Origin: Albugo candida | Lineage: Eukaryota | Length of the DNA stretch: 64,000 nt | Direction of reading: 5' to 3' | NCBI GenBank assembly: GCA_040437565.1 | Contig: JBDOQK010000005.1 | Location: 248,001 to 312,000 of the forward strand | Shown here: positions 51,185-64,000 of the stretch, piece by piece | Layout: every line of letters starts with the position of its first letter | Position numbering within the stretch: position 1 is the stretch's first letter | Made by a program: the position numbers and the translations under genes | Notes under the pieces: model-generated | What the model was told of the DNA's origin: nothing | The model's input: only the letters and a program-made list of their open reading frames with translations | Database searches by the model: none

Positions 51185-54100
51185 TCACGCGACTTGCGCT
51201 GGTGGTAGCACATACAGCTCCAACTGTTCCTCCGAGTCCAAAAGCGATGTATCATTATCCCCCAAGCGAAGCTCCAAGGACGGAAGTCGAAGTGGACCTA
51301 CATCAATCATTAGCAGAGGTCTCGATCAATCACAATAGATCTCACCAAGTTTCAGCGGTGTAAGACTCAATTGGAAGCAGATATCGTCCCATGGAAGCAG
51401 ATCAATCACCGTATTCGTTCGCCCTAAAACGAGCGATCAATTCCTTTCCACGAATGTGATGAGACCACATACCTTCGACGAGGAAATCAGAACTGCTTTG
51501 AATGGTTCGGATGTACACACTTTGTACTTTGCATTCTTGATTCACGAGTTTTAGCGATACGCATACGGGAAGGCCCATGATCGCATACTGTGGGATCTGG
51601 AAAGATGCCATGACTGGAAGTCTGCTGAACGAAACAGACGGCAGGGAGAGATATGTGGTCACGACTGTAGAAGGGATCTCGCCTTTATCGTCTTGTGTGT
51701 GAGTCTTGAGCCGTTCCCAATTCACTTGAAGGATTCCCAGCGGTTGATTGTCGATGGGATCTGCTGAGAAGACTTGAAGGATGAAATCTCGAACGTCATT
51801 TGAGCTGACGATATCGCTGGTGGGATACTCGCCCGCGATGAATGTTGTCTCGATACAGCTTTGAGAATGCTCGTGGAATCCGATCGATTGGATCTCAAGA
51901 GGCTCAGCGGATTGACACACTAACGCGCCCACAAATGTCATCTGCTTACCGGTCATTGCTGCGAGAACTTTCTCTCTTTGCTGATCGTTCTGACTGCTGT
52001 GTGGATATATCATTCCATCGACTTTGAATGGATCCAAACACGTGAGAGGGAAATTCTCTTCCAAATTCATAACAACTCGTGATTTTGTGACATATGTCAG
52101 CTTGATCGATACGTTGGTGATCGCAGCTTTTGACGAGCGTACGATGATCCTAAAGCGCTGCTCACAATGTGTGCCAATATCTTGGAGCGGAAAGACTTGT
52201 TTCGGCTGATTTGTCGCGTCCAACGTCAGAGGTTGGAGCCCTTCTTCGAGCATTTCGAAAAAGAATGCGTCTTTGGGTTCATTCGATGACGGAACCGGAT
52301 CGCTCGCCAGCGTGTAGAAAGCTTTTTCGAGAGAGTCTTCATTCGATCGGATGAGAAATTCCTGCACTTTAAAGTCGCCTGCAAGCAGAGGTTGTGAAGT
52401 GATCATCTCAAGCTTTGCACGGGCTCTCTGTGACGTCACAAGAAGCGATTGCCCATGGTGCACATGCAGATTGTAGTCTCTTTCGAACAAGCTTTGCGAG
52501 TTTGTATTTGTCGAGATAGACTCCATACTCTCCGCGCTGTCCGAAAACGTTTTCCGACGTGCAAAACTCGGCGATCCTGGTCCTTTCCCCATCAATGGAA
52601 CTCGTCCTTCCAGCAGGTACGGCTTGATCGGTTTGAGCATGATCGGCTGCTTGACGAGATCGCTGGTGCAGAAGACGAGTGAGGGATTGGAGCCTTCATG
52701 CGAGCCTTTCGATGCGTCTCGACGGATGTGAATTTTCATCCCGAGGTATTGGAGTACGGGTTCTCCCTTTCGAATTCGGAGAGGAATATCAAATTCTTTG
52801 GTGGCTCCCATTCCGAACAAAAGCGATAGACGAAATGAATTGTTTTCCGGGTCGGAAGTCGCGGGGGAAGGTACGATCTCTATAGCGTCTTCATCATGCT
52901 GAATGATCGTGTTGTAGCGAGGATCACTGAAGAAAATCGTGACACTGGAGACGAGAATTGGTCCTGGAAAAGAAGACTGGATGCTTACTCGCACAGAGAC
53001 CTGCTCACGAATACAAGCCGCTACGTTGGAAAACTTTACGTGTACGTCGAAAACGCGATGTGAAAGCGATAGAGTGACTTCGTGGGATTGCTGTGGGATG
53101 CACTCGAGACCTTTGATTGTGAAAGGACCACGAAGCTTGGTAGCATCTTCCCATGCTATAAAGAGCTTCTCTTGCACGTACTGCCTCTCTTTGGGAAGAA
53201 TGTATTTCTTCATCACTGAAGACAAAAGCTGTAAGCTGATACCAATAAACCCCAACGTATCGGCCTGATGGAACGAGCAAATAAGCAATTGTTTGAGTAC
53301 TTGGGCTGCAAGTGACCACCAGTGCTCGGTAACATACAACGCTTTCGCCTTATCGAGCTCCAATCGAGCTCGTTCATAGTCTTGCGCAGCCAAGTTTTCG
53401 GAGCCAATATGTACCAACAGCCGGGTCTTGAGACGATTTCGAGAAGCTTTTTGCTCGGAAACGTGCACAGCGACGTGATGTAGCGCTTTTTCCAGCAGCT
53501 CGATCGTTTGCTTGGCGTGTGGAGTCGATCGTTCTAAAGCCTGACGATATTTGACAACCAAATTCAAAGTGTTTGGCGTCTGTGAATTCACAAGCGATAC
53601 GATCGGTTCTCCGCCCACAAATATCGGAGGAAGAACCATAAATTCGCTCAGCTGTACAGCAGTGGAAGCTGTGCTTCCAAGCAACTTTGCAGCTGATTTT
53701 CGGCGATATGTCGCGTACTTTGCTGCTACCGAGTAGTAGAGATACGGCTCTTTATACACTGAAGAATCGAGCCCGGCGCTGGTAAGTGTTCCTCGAAGCG
53801 CTACAGCCTCCGAAAGCAGCTGTCCGATGAGATGATACTGCCTGGCAACCCATTTCCAGTGCTCATACAAACACATTGGATCCCCATAAAGCTCTATAAA
53901 CGCTCGAATATGACGATGAAATTGATCCAACGCCGCTTTCACATTGTTAATGGAAAAGAGTAAATGATAACACAATTTGAAATTGATATATTCCGCCACA
54001 ATTTTAATCTCTGCGAGCGATAGGACTGCATTTCCATACACAAAATGTCGAGTCTCTGTGTCCTTTTGCGAATACGAAACAATCGATCGATACGCATTTT

Positions 54101-54866
54101 CGTAATGTTGCAATACTTTGGTCGTATACCGTCGAAATTCATAATAATGAGCGATTTTGAAGCTATGACGAACCTGAAGAGCCTGTAAACCATTCGATTT
54201 ATTCAAAACTTTTTTGTAGCGCTTGACGCGTTTCGCTTGGAGTTTGTAGTAATCGAGTGCGAATGTACGAATCATTAGCTCCAATTTGAGTAATAACTGT
54301 GCACCACGTGTGATATCCCGAGAGCGCAAGAGGATCAGGCCTTTCGAGTCGGTATCCAATCGCTTTCGAAGTCCTGATAGACGTTCTTCAGTGATATTGG
54401 AAGGCGTTAAGCCTGTATCGTCCAATTGCTGGATCAGAAGGAGGATCACACGGCATTCACGAGCACTCAGCGTCTTGCGCAATCCTTCGACTTGGGCCCG
54501 TATCTTGGCTTCTTGGTCGAGCCAATCCTTTTGATTCCATCGCGGGTCGAATTCCTCGAAAAAGAGCACGACACTGGGCAGGGTATCGTGATGTTTCTTG
54601 AGCCAATGCGATTTGAGTATACCTTCGACTTTGTATCCTTCAAAATCGCGTTGCGTCTGATTTAAGAGAGTACCGTGTTTTTCACGCAACTCTTTCTTAA
54701 CAGGAAATCGGTGGGTTACGGGAAGAGCTATAAAATGAAGTTTAGGGACGTAATCCTCATTGATGGCACTTATGTGGGAGATTATTTTAGCTTGGTAGTC
54801 AGTTCCTCCGAGTGCAGCGATCAGCGGATGCGGAGTCTTCTTCAGTTCGGCAGGATAAAACTCCAT
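51185..54866 (-). CDS. TRAPPC11: TRAPP III subunit 11 (Foie gras/Gryzun)
   Basis: GILKSHWLKKHHDTLPSVV, VRHSFKIAHYYEFRR, EIKIVAEYINFKLC and YEHWKWVARQY. Long first exon, two short 3' introns, stop at 51185-51187. Confidence 0.93.
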
Positions 54867-54918
54867 ATCGAAGAGGATTGGTATGGTACCGGTGTTTTAC
54901 CGGTATTATAACATCGTT

Positions 54919-56016
54919 ATGTGGAAGCGTCTTTTTCCATCGATCCATTCGCATGGATTCTCTGGTATATACAGGCAATACGCCACGTTTCCCCAATGCA
55001 ACTTGGTACGACTCGATAGAGTAAAACATCCTCTATCGAATAAGGTAGGGTATCGCTCGTGTACACACTCACAAAACCCGCTATCAGCACACAAAAAGTA
55101 CACATCCGATCCTTCGTTGCGTGTTCGTGTCATTCCCATGTTTCAAGACAACTATGGATACCTCATTATCGACGAAGTCAACCAAGTCATGTTCGCAGTA
55201 GATCCTGCAGAGCCTGCGCGCATTCTACCCGCTTTAAACGAAGAAGAAGCGCTCAAAAAGCGCAAGTTGCTAGCTATTCTGACAACACACAAACACGCGT
55301 ACGAGTAACATCATACACACAACTGACACACAATTCTCATTTGCTACATTCTAGCGACCACGCAGGCGGCAATTCCGAACTCGCAGCGCGATATCCTCAC
55401 GCGATGGTCGTTGGGCCTGCAAACGAGCACGTTCCGGCATGCACAAAGCGCGTCAAAGGAGGCCAAACGTTTTCGATCGGGTCGATTGATATCAAAGTAT
55501 TGGATGTCCCGTGTCATACACGCGGCCACGTGGCGTATGTGGTCACTGGAGACCATGCTACGCCTCCATTGCTGTTCCCGGGCGATGTGCTTTTCGTTGG
55601 AGGCTGTGGGCGGTTCTTTGAAGGCTCTGCCGAAGATATGTATCACGCACTGTATGAAGTGATTTTACAATTGCCCAAAGACACGCGTTGTTATTGCGGC
55701 CACGAGTGAGTGGTATGTCGATGTGATTGTGTGATATGACATGTGCGTTGTCGTTGTCTGCAGGTACACAATTTCCAATTTACGATTTGCACTCAGCGTG
55801 GATCCTTCCAATACGTTTTTGAGAGATAAAATGAAAGCCATGAAACTGCGTCGATCAAAGAATCTCCCAACAGTCCCATCGACACTTGCTGAAGAAATGT
55901 TATTCAATCCGTTTCTCAGAGTGCATACAGAGACCATTCGAAACGCTGTGGGCGGATCGGATCCCGTGACAGTGCTTGAGAATCTTCGACGTCGAAAAGA
56001 TAATTTCGATTATTGA
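54919..56016 (+). CDS. HAGH: Hydroxyacylglutathione hydrolase (glyoxalase II) with N-terminal extension
   Basis: DNYGYLI, LTTHKHA/DHAGGN (across intron), PCHTRGH, GDVLFVGGCGRFFEG, YCGHEYT, TVPSTLAEE..FNPFLR. Alternative ATG at 54883. Confidence 0.95.
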
Positions 56017-56031
56017 GAATGGGAATGAAAG

Positions 56032-59000
56032 TCACGGAAGCGAGCGAGTTGGCGGTTCAATTCCATGCGGTTCGTTGGCTTGGAGTATGAGGTGATGCGC
56101 CAACGGGAGTAAAGAGTGTGCATTGGTCCGAGTGATTTCGTGTAAATAAGACACAACGTGCTCATTGAAGACGATACGTTGAATCTCCATTGTCCCTGCA
56201 ATATTGTTCTTGTGAAGGTGCTTGACGCCAATTTTGAATGCTTTCAGTAGTATATCGAGATAGATGCTTTGGATTGACTCGGGGGCGTCGATAGAAATTT
56301 TTTCGAGCGCGTATTGAGCCATCGATGGCCATTTCCATCCCAAATCGAATGGAATTAGCCGTTGGATTGTAATGAGAACGAATACATTCACAGTGGTTTT
56401 CTGAGACTCACACGATAGGAAATGTCGTTTGATGTATTGGGAATGCATTTCCGACAAGCAAAAGCAAGTCAATTCCGCCAGTATCGAGATGGTCTTTTGA
56501 CTCCAAATTGCGTTCGCATTCGGATCCTTCCTGCAGCCACAACACTGATCCGTGCCGTATTTGAGAAGATGCCAACAGAGTGTCGAATGAGAGGTCGATA
56601 TGCGCGTGTATTGCTCTATAAGCGCGATTGCTTTCTCAGAGACGTGGTGATGGGGACTGGAGGTAAGGAGAAGGACTGCATTCAGTAACGAAGGATCACT
56701 CCACGTCACAATATCATCCATATGAAGCATATGCGGAAGAAGCTGCAGGCTCCATACCACAATTTCAACGCATTTTGACTCGAGCAACTTGACGAAAATA
56801 TTGATAAAAATTGGTTGTGAGAACTGTTTACGGAGAAAGTTCTTCACAGGAGCATCGACTTGCACCTAACACGACAATCAGAACGATTTGAGACGCAACG
56901 TGTCAAGAATACATACCAGTGAGAAGATACATCCGAGAGCCTTTACTGTGATTGAAGCCTCCAATTCTCTTCTTTCAGTATCGTTACGATACACAGCCTC
57001 ATCGATAAAGTTGAAAATGGAAGCACTGTCGAATGTGAGCATTTCCATCATTGGTCGTACAATGACACTCCACGCGAATTGATCGTTAAGAATCTCTCGG
57101 GAAAGGAACGTTTGGATGATATTGCCGTATACCGTGCACGCGAGAGTGCCATTTGTGAGTAGTAAGAACTCCAAGAGTTCTGCAACTTTTCTAAGATCCG
57201 AATGATTGGGTTCCTTTCCTTTTAATTGGAGTTTGTGTGCGATCAAAAAAGGAAATTCCATCGTTGAATGCCGTAGAACGTCCAACACACTTCGATTCCA
57301 TTCCGATGTTTTCCGATTTGATTCGAAAACGACAGCTTCAATGAGTGCCCTATAAAAGATCCACGACGTTTGATCATCTCTCCACGTCTTCATCCATAAG
57401 CGCAGGAAGCATTGGCTGTTGTCATAGCCGCTGATGGTACACAGTAAACGTGACAAACGCATAGCGACTTTGGACGCTGTCAGTGAGAGAGTATCGTTTT
57501 TATTCCGAGCAGATCGGTACCTGAGAAATATCGAGTCTGCATCTATGTCTTCATCATTTTTCAACACGACAGGAATGTACTTGTTCACAATTAGTGATAC
57601 GATGGGAGGCAGGAGAGCTTCCATATCGCTGGAAGACAATACTATCGGTAACAACAGCTTCTCGAGGATAGTGACGACACCGTTTGCACTCCCATTCTCA
57701 AAGATACATTTCGTGATAAACCGTATGCTTAAGAGTAATCGATTCTCATCTTCCTTGAATGAGATTGCTACTGCCAACTTGAGCCAATCTCTCACAGCGC
57801 ACATACTTTGTCCATGCGTATGCATCACATTGAAAAACACTCTGAATGCCGGTAGAAATGATTCATNNNNNNNNNNNNNNNNNNNNNNNNNNNNNNNNNN
57901 NNNNNNNNNNNNNNNNNNNNNNNNNNNNNNNNNNNNNNNNNNNNNNNNNNNNNNNNNNNNNNNNNNAGCTTCCATATCGCTGGAAGACAATACTATCGGT
58001 AACAACAGCTTCTCGAGGATAGTGACGACACCGTTTGCACTCCCATTCTCAAAGATACATTTCGTGATAAACCGTATGCTTAAGAGTAATCGATTCTCAT
58101 CTTCCTTGAATGAGATTGCTACTGCCAACTTGAGCCAATCTCTCACAGCGCACATACTTTGTCCATGCGTATGCATCACATTGAAAAACACTCTGAATGC
58201 CGGTAGAAATGATTCATTATTCATATCAGAGACGTCCATGTGCATCAGCATATATCTCGCACACGCTGATGAGAACGACCTCAAAAGTCGATTATCCGAA
58301 CTATCGCCTCTCACATTCTCTGTCTGAATGATTCCACACAACTGATGTAAAGGTGCATCGATTTTCCATTGTTTGTGTGTCTTCGCGTCCAATTCGCTGA
58401 CTTGTGAATGACACGACCACAGCTGATGATCGTAGAATCTCTTCACAAATGACTGCTGGACGTTGTCACTGCAATTCGAAAAGCACGCGGAAATCCACGA
58501 ATGAAAGGCATATGTGTCGATATTCCGTTCGATAAGACATCGAAGCAGGTTCAGACACGCAAAGTCATGGCGATAAGCGTCCTTCGTGGAGGAATGGACC
58601 GGTTTGCATGTCATTGTGAACCGTTCCATGAGCGGGATTTTAAGCCAATTGATGAGAGGGTCTTGTATTGAGAATTTCTCTATAAGAAGGTTGAGTACTG
58701 AATCCATAAAGTTTGGTCTTTTGAATAGAAAAATAACAATCACATGATCGAGAAGAGTTGTATAATTGATTGGATAATATCGATATAAGGATGATTCCAG
58801 ATTGGTAATAAAATGATTGTCAAAGTTGGTTTTTGTAATCCAGTTCTCCACATGATTTCTAACGATTTCATGCATAACGTTACGAGTTGATGAATCGTCC
58901 ATTAGATCCATTAAACCTTCTGGTACCACTTCAAATGCATTCACTGCATATCGAGGGTTCTCCGCTAGCGAAGTATCAATTGAGTTGTGTGCTTTTCTAT

Positions 59001-59583
59001 GCGGACGTACGCGTCCATCACTTCCCGGTTTAGTGGAATTGGATGTAAGAGTTCCGTCCCGTCTTCTTCTTTTAGATGTGCGATCATTGACTTCACCTTC
59101 GCCTCTCAAAGAGGTACTTCTTCCTTCCTTCACGGCGCATTGTACGGTCGACCCAGCTGCTTCTTGTAGCCATTCCAACAACGTGTGACCCTTTATCTTA
59201 TTACTTGTTCGGGTGGGTACAGCTTTCGGCCTCTTTTTCTCGGGTTCTGCGAAACCCGTCACATTTGATTTTCGCGATTTGAGAGATGAACGGGTGAGGG
59301 ACATTGGGCTTGGTGATTGTGCTCTTTCGTCTGCTACGCACGACTTCTCGTTCACATCAGCGTGTGGTATATCGCATTCTTCGCTCAACTTTATGTCATG
59401 ACTACCGTTTGTGGGTTTAGACCGCTTGCGCTTCGTACGAGCGGAAGATTTTGCCTTGTTTGGGGCTCCTTTGTTGCGTGTGCCGCTCTCCTCGTCTTTT
59501 TTATGCTCTATGAGATTCTTGATCGCATTGTTTGTGTGAGATTCAGGCTTTCTTTTGGGTTGCCATGCAAGATCTCCATCCAT
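56032..59583 (-). CDS. Large hypothetical protein: basic disordered N-terminus, helical/ARM-like C-terminus
   Basis: Long ORF 56878-59583 joined by an intron (~56866-56916) to ORF 56032-56865; contains a gap-flanking duplicate. No family recognised. Confidence 0.7.
57616..58217. repeat. Exact direct duplication 57616-57866 = 57967-58217 flanking a gap
   Basis: Identical 251 bp either side of N-run 57867-57966. Confidence 0.9.
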
Positions 59584-59966
59584 TGGATGAAAAGAATAGC
59601 GTGGGTCGGGTTTTGTGGGTACGGCAGCACAATTGCACCTGACCCTCGGGCATGAAGAGGGGTAATAGAAATTTGACTATGTAGTTTGCTTGTGCGGTTC
59701 GCAGCAAATTCAGAAATGTGGTGGCAAAGATATGGGTTTCCTTGCAAAGATGATTGTACTTTATAATTGTATTCCACTACATTCTTCAAGTCAGATGCAG
59801 TTGTGCTTTTGTGTGGTACTGTAACATCTGAATACAACACGGTAACTGGCACCACTTCCAAGTGGCTCATATTCGAATGAAAACAAAACAAGACAATTCA
59901 ATACCGCCTCTACACAAAGAGCTGAACCATTTTGACCGAACAAAACCTAAAGACTCACTGCACAAC

Positions 59967-61982
59967 TTAATTTATCTCTTGACGTACATCCGGCTCGACA
60001 AGTTGGTGGATTCGCTGATAGCTCATAATAATAAACGGATTTAAATATTTGAGACTCGATTGCGTGGACGGATATCGCTCCAGTCGTTTCAATAACACAA
60101 TTGTGTTATACTTGACACTAATAGAAGAATGAAATAAACCTTGCGCAATACTCTCTAATCCGCCTCGTAAAAACGGCAAATGGCTTAGAAATTCTTGCAG
60201 GTCTTGTTCGGTTTGTAATAAGCTCACAAAGTCCGTGTACATTCTTTCCACCTCCTCTTCCGTCCATAATTTATCGCCCTGTAATTTTCGAATATGTTTC
60301 CTTACATCCGCTCCACCTGTTTTCACCACGTTCTCCCAATCAAAAAAAAGTTAACAACTATCGAAAAGAGGACACAGTTGCGCAAAAGTGACTGCACGGG
60401 AAAAGGATATATCGAATGCGCTAGAACATGGCTTCTCTGTTCGTTGGAATTCGCTAAACTCTTTGTACGTGTCCGTGCGAGCCCACTTTGTGATGCGTTT
60501 ATTGTTCACCGCCGTGCGCTTCACGCGTACATCGCTGTCGAGATACTCGGTCTCATCGAACGCGACTTCCACCACATTCTATAGACAAAAGGATCAAAAC
60601 GAATTGAGGTCAGCAGCGCGATGTATCTCACTTGTGATGTAAATTCCTCAAAGCGACATCGGATCCATTCCTCCGGGAAACCCGCACGCATTCCATCCAT
60701 TACCTTACAGCATTTATAGTTATTATTATTGCGTGAGCGAGTGTTAAAGACGCACATCTTGCAGAAAAGTCTTATCCACGACTTCGAATTCATCGCGCTC
60801 GTTTGGCCAAGACGTAAACACTTCACTGGTGGTTATATCGCATAAAACGTCCCACCATTCTCGTTTACTTTTAAACATGGGATTTGTGACACCAGCAATG
60901 TACCCCGGGACGGATAGAAAGCTTAGATCATTCAAGTTGGCATAACTACACATAAAAGTATAAGATAAATTACGAAACGACGTGAATATGGTCATAAATA
61001 CGGGAACTGGCGGTGGGAGAGACCCGACAGAGGAGGACAAATGAGAGCACTCATTGCGAGCACATAACTGCACACTCTTCCTGGGCGATTTGTGAGGGTT
61101 GTACCAACTTGATGATAAGCATTAGGAGGAAAATTACCTGCCGGTTGATTGTACCCCAATACAATAACGCGAGCACCTGAAAGTACGGCGTTGTATATTG
61201 ACATTGTCTGCTCACCAAAAGTTGCAATGAGGTTGCTCAAAAGTCCATCGTCATGCTGATCCAATGTGCTACAAAGTTTGAACCGTAAGGGAATTTTTAT
61301 TTCGTCCCATTCCACGACGGTGGAGTGATACAAGGAATCTTCAGTTGCCTTCCAATTTACATTGGAAAATGGTCGAGACGTAATAGTACGCTTCATCAAT
61401 CTTCTTTCCATTTCGGATAAATTGCGAATACCATTGAGACTGATCGAGTTGATCACATGATATAATTCGTGTAAAATATTCGTACTCGCGGACGAGTCTT
61501 GAGCTCCGGTAATTTTTCGTACCGCAAGATCCAAAAGCTGCTTCAATGAAAAGCACCACTACAATCGATGCTCAATTTTTAATACAAGCTCTATGCATAA
61601 AAGTGTACTTTTAGTGGACCTTGTATTGCGAACAGACAGCAACCGCTTTCACACTAGCTCCACGTCGGACCATATTATCGTGTGTGGTGCGAACAACACT
61701 CTGACAGTACATAAATTCCCTCACAGGTTTCTTTTCAACCTCTTTGATTGAGGAATGGTTTGTATTGAGACAGCTTTTGCGATTGAGGAAAAACACTGTG
61801 AAATCATCTTCACGATTATGAATGCCTTCAGGAAGCATGACGTCGGCAAAAAATTCCGAAGAATAATGATCAAATGCATAAGGATATGATTCTCTTAGAG
61901 TGCTTCCTTTATCAATGTCAAATTCAGCGTATAAGACAACTTCTGCCAATTGGTTTTTGCTCTGATCGCATGTCGCTGTCAT
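59967..61982 (-). CDS. Afi1/MesA-like DENN-related polarity protein (Afi1 N-terminal + SPA domains)
   Basis: LYAEFDIDKGS...MLPEGIHNREDDFTVFFL; RQFPYANLNDLSFLSVPGYIAGVTNPMF...WWDVLCDI. Multiple introns. Confidence 0.82.
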
Positions 61983-62535
61983 CGCTCAGGCTCTGTTATG
62001 AACGCGAGTGGCCAAAATGGGACTCATACAAATTCTAAGTGGGTTATATTCCTGCAAAAGACATGTTTTTCTATTTGCAGATGCATGCATGCAACCGGTT
62101 GATTGCGTGTAGTATATAGAGAGAAAGAGCTATGAATGTACTTTTCTAAACGATCAAAAGAATACTGCAACGGATATAAAGCTGTCGTGTCCGTTATGTA
62201 TCAAGCTCGCATTACTATAGTATAGCGTTGGATGAAATGTCATGTCATTGTTTACTACTTGCTCTATAAATTTCCTGTTCATTCTGATATATGGTATGTT
62301 TGGGTTCACCGCGAACTCACATAGGAGACGATCTCCCAGTCAGAACAGCACACATCGTGGCTTGATAGTAAGCATCAAATCCGCAACCTGTTGATCGAAC
62401 TGGAATAAAATAGAAGCTGTAAGCAAAACGGTAATTATAAGCAATTGCATATTTACCAATAGCATACAATCACTTCCTCGAAATAAACCCTCTTTAATTA
62501 CATACTGTCTATGCGTATTTTATAATCTTCCAATC

Positions 62536-62572
62536 GAAATCTAGAAAAGTTGAGAAACATGTCGAAGTTTCC
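62536..62572 (+). promoter_or_regulatory. Heat-shock-element-like array upstream of Hsp101
   Basis: GAA at 62544, 62554 and 62564 (10-bp phase) ending in GAAgtTTC, 60-90 bp before the ATG. Confidence 0.6.
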
Positions 62573-62630
62573 TCACAGTTTTCACTTTCCGCTTCAGTAA
62601 TAAAAATTCTATAATCACATCAAACCACTT

Positions 62631-64000
62631 ATGAATCCACAAGAATTCACCGACAAAACACAAGAGTACCTTCAAGCAGCAAAAAGCCTCGCCGAAGACG
62701 CAGGCCACGCGCAACTGACTCCAATCCATCTCGTGCAAGCCTTATTCGATGACAGTGACGGTCTTGCAAAGCGTCTTGCAGATCGTGTCGGCGCCAACAC
62801 CCCAGGAATACTCCAGGAAACAAGGAGACAACTAAAGCTGATTCCAATACAATCTCCTGCACCCGATCAAGTCTCTGTTGATTCTGGCATGACCAAAATG
62901 CTCAAATACGCCGACAAACGAAGAAAAGAGATGAAGGACACCCATCTAGCTGTTGATCACTTGATCCTCGCTCTTTTCACACACACACAATGCGGTACAA
63001 TCTTCAAATCGAATGGTTTTGATGAGAAAAAAGTCAAAGAAGCCATTAATAAAGTACGCGGAGGTCGTTCAGTCACAAGTGCCAGCGCCGAGGAAATGTA
63101 CGACGCACTCTGTAAGTACGGTCAGAACCTAGTCTCATTGGCGGAAACTGGTAAAATCGATCCAGTCATTGGCCGCGATGAAGAAATTCGGCGTGTGATT
63201 CGCATATTATGTCGTCGCACAAAAAACAATCCAGTTTTGATTGGAGAGCCTGGAGTCGGCAAGACGGCCGTTGTGGAAGGATTAGCGCAGCGTATCGTCA
63301 TTGGTGATGTTCCTGAGTCGCTCAACTGCCAGTTATTCAGCCTGGATATGGGTGCATTGATCGCTGGGGCTAAATATCGCGGGGAATTTGAAGAGAGGCT
63401 CAAAGCTGTGCTGAAGGAAGTGAAAGACAGTGAAGGGAAAATCATCCTTTTTATCGATGAGATGCATTTGATATTGGGAGCTGGACAAACATCTGGCGCT
63501 ATGGATGCTGCAAATTTGCTGAAACCAATGCTGGCGCGTGGGGAACTGCGATGTATTGGTGCCACTACACTCGATGAATATCGTCAGCATGTTGAGAAGG
63601 ATAAAGCGTTTGAAAGACGATTCCAGCAAGTCATGGTGAAAGAGCCATCGGTGACGGATACGGTCAGCATTTTGCGTGGGCTAAAGGAACGATATGAGTC
63701 GCATCATGGTGTGCAGATAACAGACAGCGCTCTGGTCACAGCTGCGAAACTTGCAGATCGATACATTACGGAACGATTCATGCCGGATAAAGCCATTGAT
63801 ATCATTGACGAAGCTTGTGCTAGTGTCCGAGTCCAATTGGACAGTCAACCAGAGGCCATTGATGAGCTTGAACGACGACAGCTGCAGTTGCAAGTGGAAG
63901 CGACTGCACTCACTAAAGAAAAAGATGAAGTGAGTAAACAACGTCTGAAAAAAGTACAGACAGAGCTCAACACAATCAATGATCAACTACATCCGCTGAT
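62631..64000 (+). CDS. clpB: Hsp101/ClpB AAA+ disaggregase, 3' truncated by window edge (absent from ORF track because it has no stop)
   Basis: [10 protein letters not shown]..., [94 protein letters not shown]. Confidence 0.97.
   Translation, partial: MNPQEFTDKTQEYLQAAKSLAEDAGHAQLTPIHLVQALFDDSDGLAKRLADRVGANTPGILQETRRQLKLIPIQSPAPDQVSVDSGMTKMLKYADKRRKEMKDTHLAVDHLILALFTHTQCGTIFKSNGFDEKKVKEAINKVRGGRSVTSASAEEMYDALCKYGQNLVSLAETGKIDPVIGRDEEIRRVIRILCRRTKNNPVLIGEPGVGKTAVVEGLAQRIVIGDVPESLNCQLFSLDMGALIAGAKYRGEFEERLKAVLKEVKDSEGKIILFIDEMHLILGAGQTSGAMDAANLLKPMLARGELRCIGATTLDEYRQHVEKDKAFERRFQQVMVKEPSVTDTVSILRGLKERYESHHGVQITDSALVTAAKLADRYITERFMPDKAIDIIDEACASVRVQLDSQPEAIDELERRQLQLQVEATALTKEKDEVSKQRLKKVQTELNTINDQLHPL

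Noticed and set aside
59508-59891. 127-aa ORF overlapping the start of the large hypothetical gene
   Set aside because: Different frame and no convincing intron joining them; could be UTR or intergenic.
11363-61982. Apparent cluster of trafficking genes (AP-3 sigma, Vps39, TRAPPC11, Afi1/MesA)
   Set aside because: Scattered over 50 kb among unrelated genes; the category is large, so chance is sufficient.
63122-63986. Minus-strand ORFs over Hsp101
   Set aside because: Antisense shadows of the strongly conserved ClpB frame.
1-64000. tRNA, rRNA, CRISPR arrays, prokaryotic operons
   Set aside because: None seen by eye; the sequence is intron-containing eukaryotic DNA. A covariance-model scan would be needed to exclude small ncRNAs.

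Overview
Eukaryotic draft-assembly scaffold with short GT-AG introns (about 45-90 nt), very tight gene packing and ten 100-N gaps. The gene repertoire and style point to an oomycete, most likely Albugo-like (inference). About 21 housekeeping or hypothetical genes are recognisable: myosin-IQ-WW tail, cAMP-receptor-like GPCR, TFIIH p44, importin-13/transportin-3-like, AP-3 sigma, BTB protein, PIG-W, front-end (delta-5-type) desaturase, URI/Bud27, SWS1/ZSWIM7, PTEN-like, TM metallophosphoesterase, Vps39/TGFBRAP1, a nucleotidyltransferase-EamA fusion, TRAPPC11, glyoxalase II, Afi1/MesA-like and Hsp101/ClpB. Gene-sparse blocks at about 1.8-4.4, 20-24.7 and 33.5-42 kb separate them; the latter two hold transposon relics (copia RNase H, two Mutator-like elements, possible pogo). 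Most notable: (1) an intronless fusion of an IPCT/LicC-like cytidylyltransferase domain with degenerate catalytic motifs to an EamA/DMT transporter; (2) a URI/Bud27 prefoldin carrying an internal Hsp70/90-clamp TPR domain; (3) two MULE derivatives inserted back-to-back with overlapping target-site duplications. Six gap-flanking exact duplications are most likely assembly artefacts. Exon boundaries were read by eye and are approximate.
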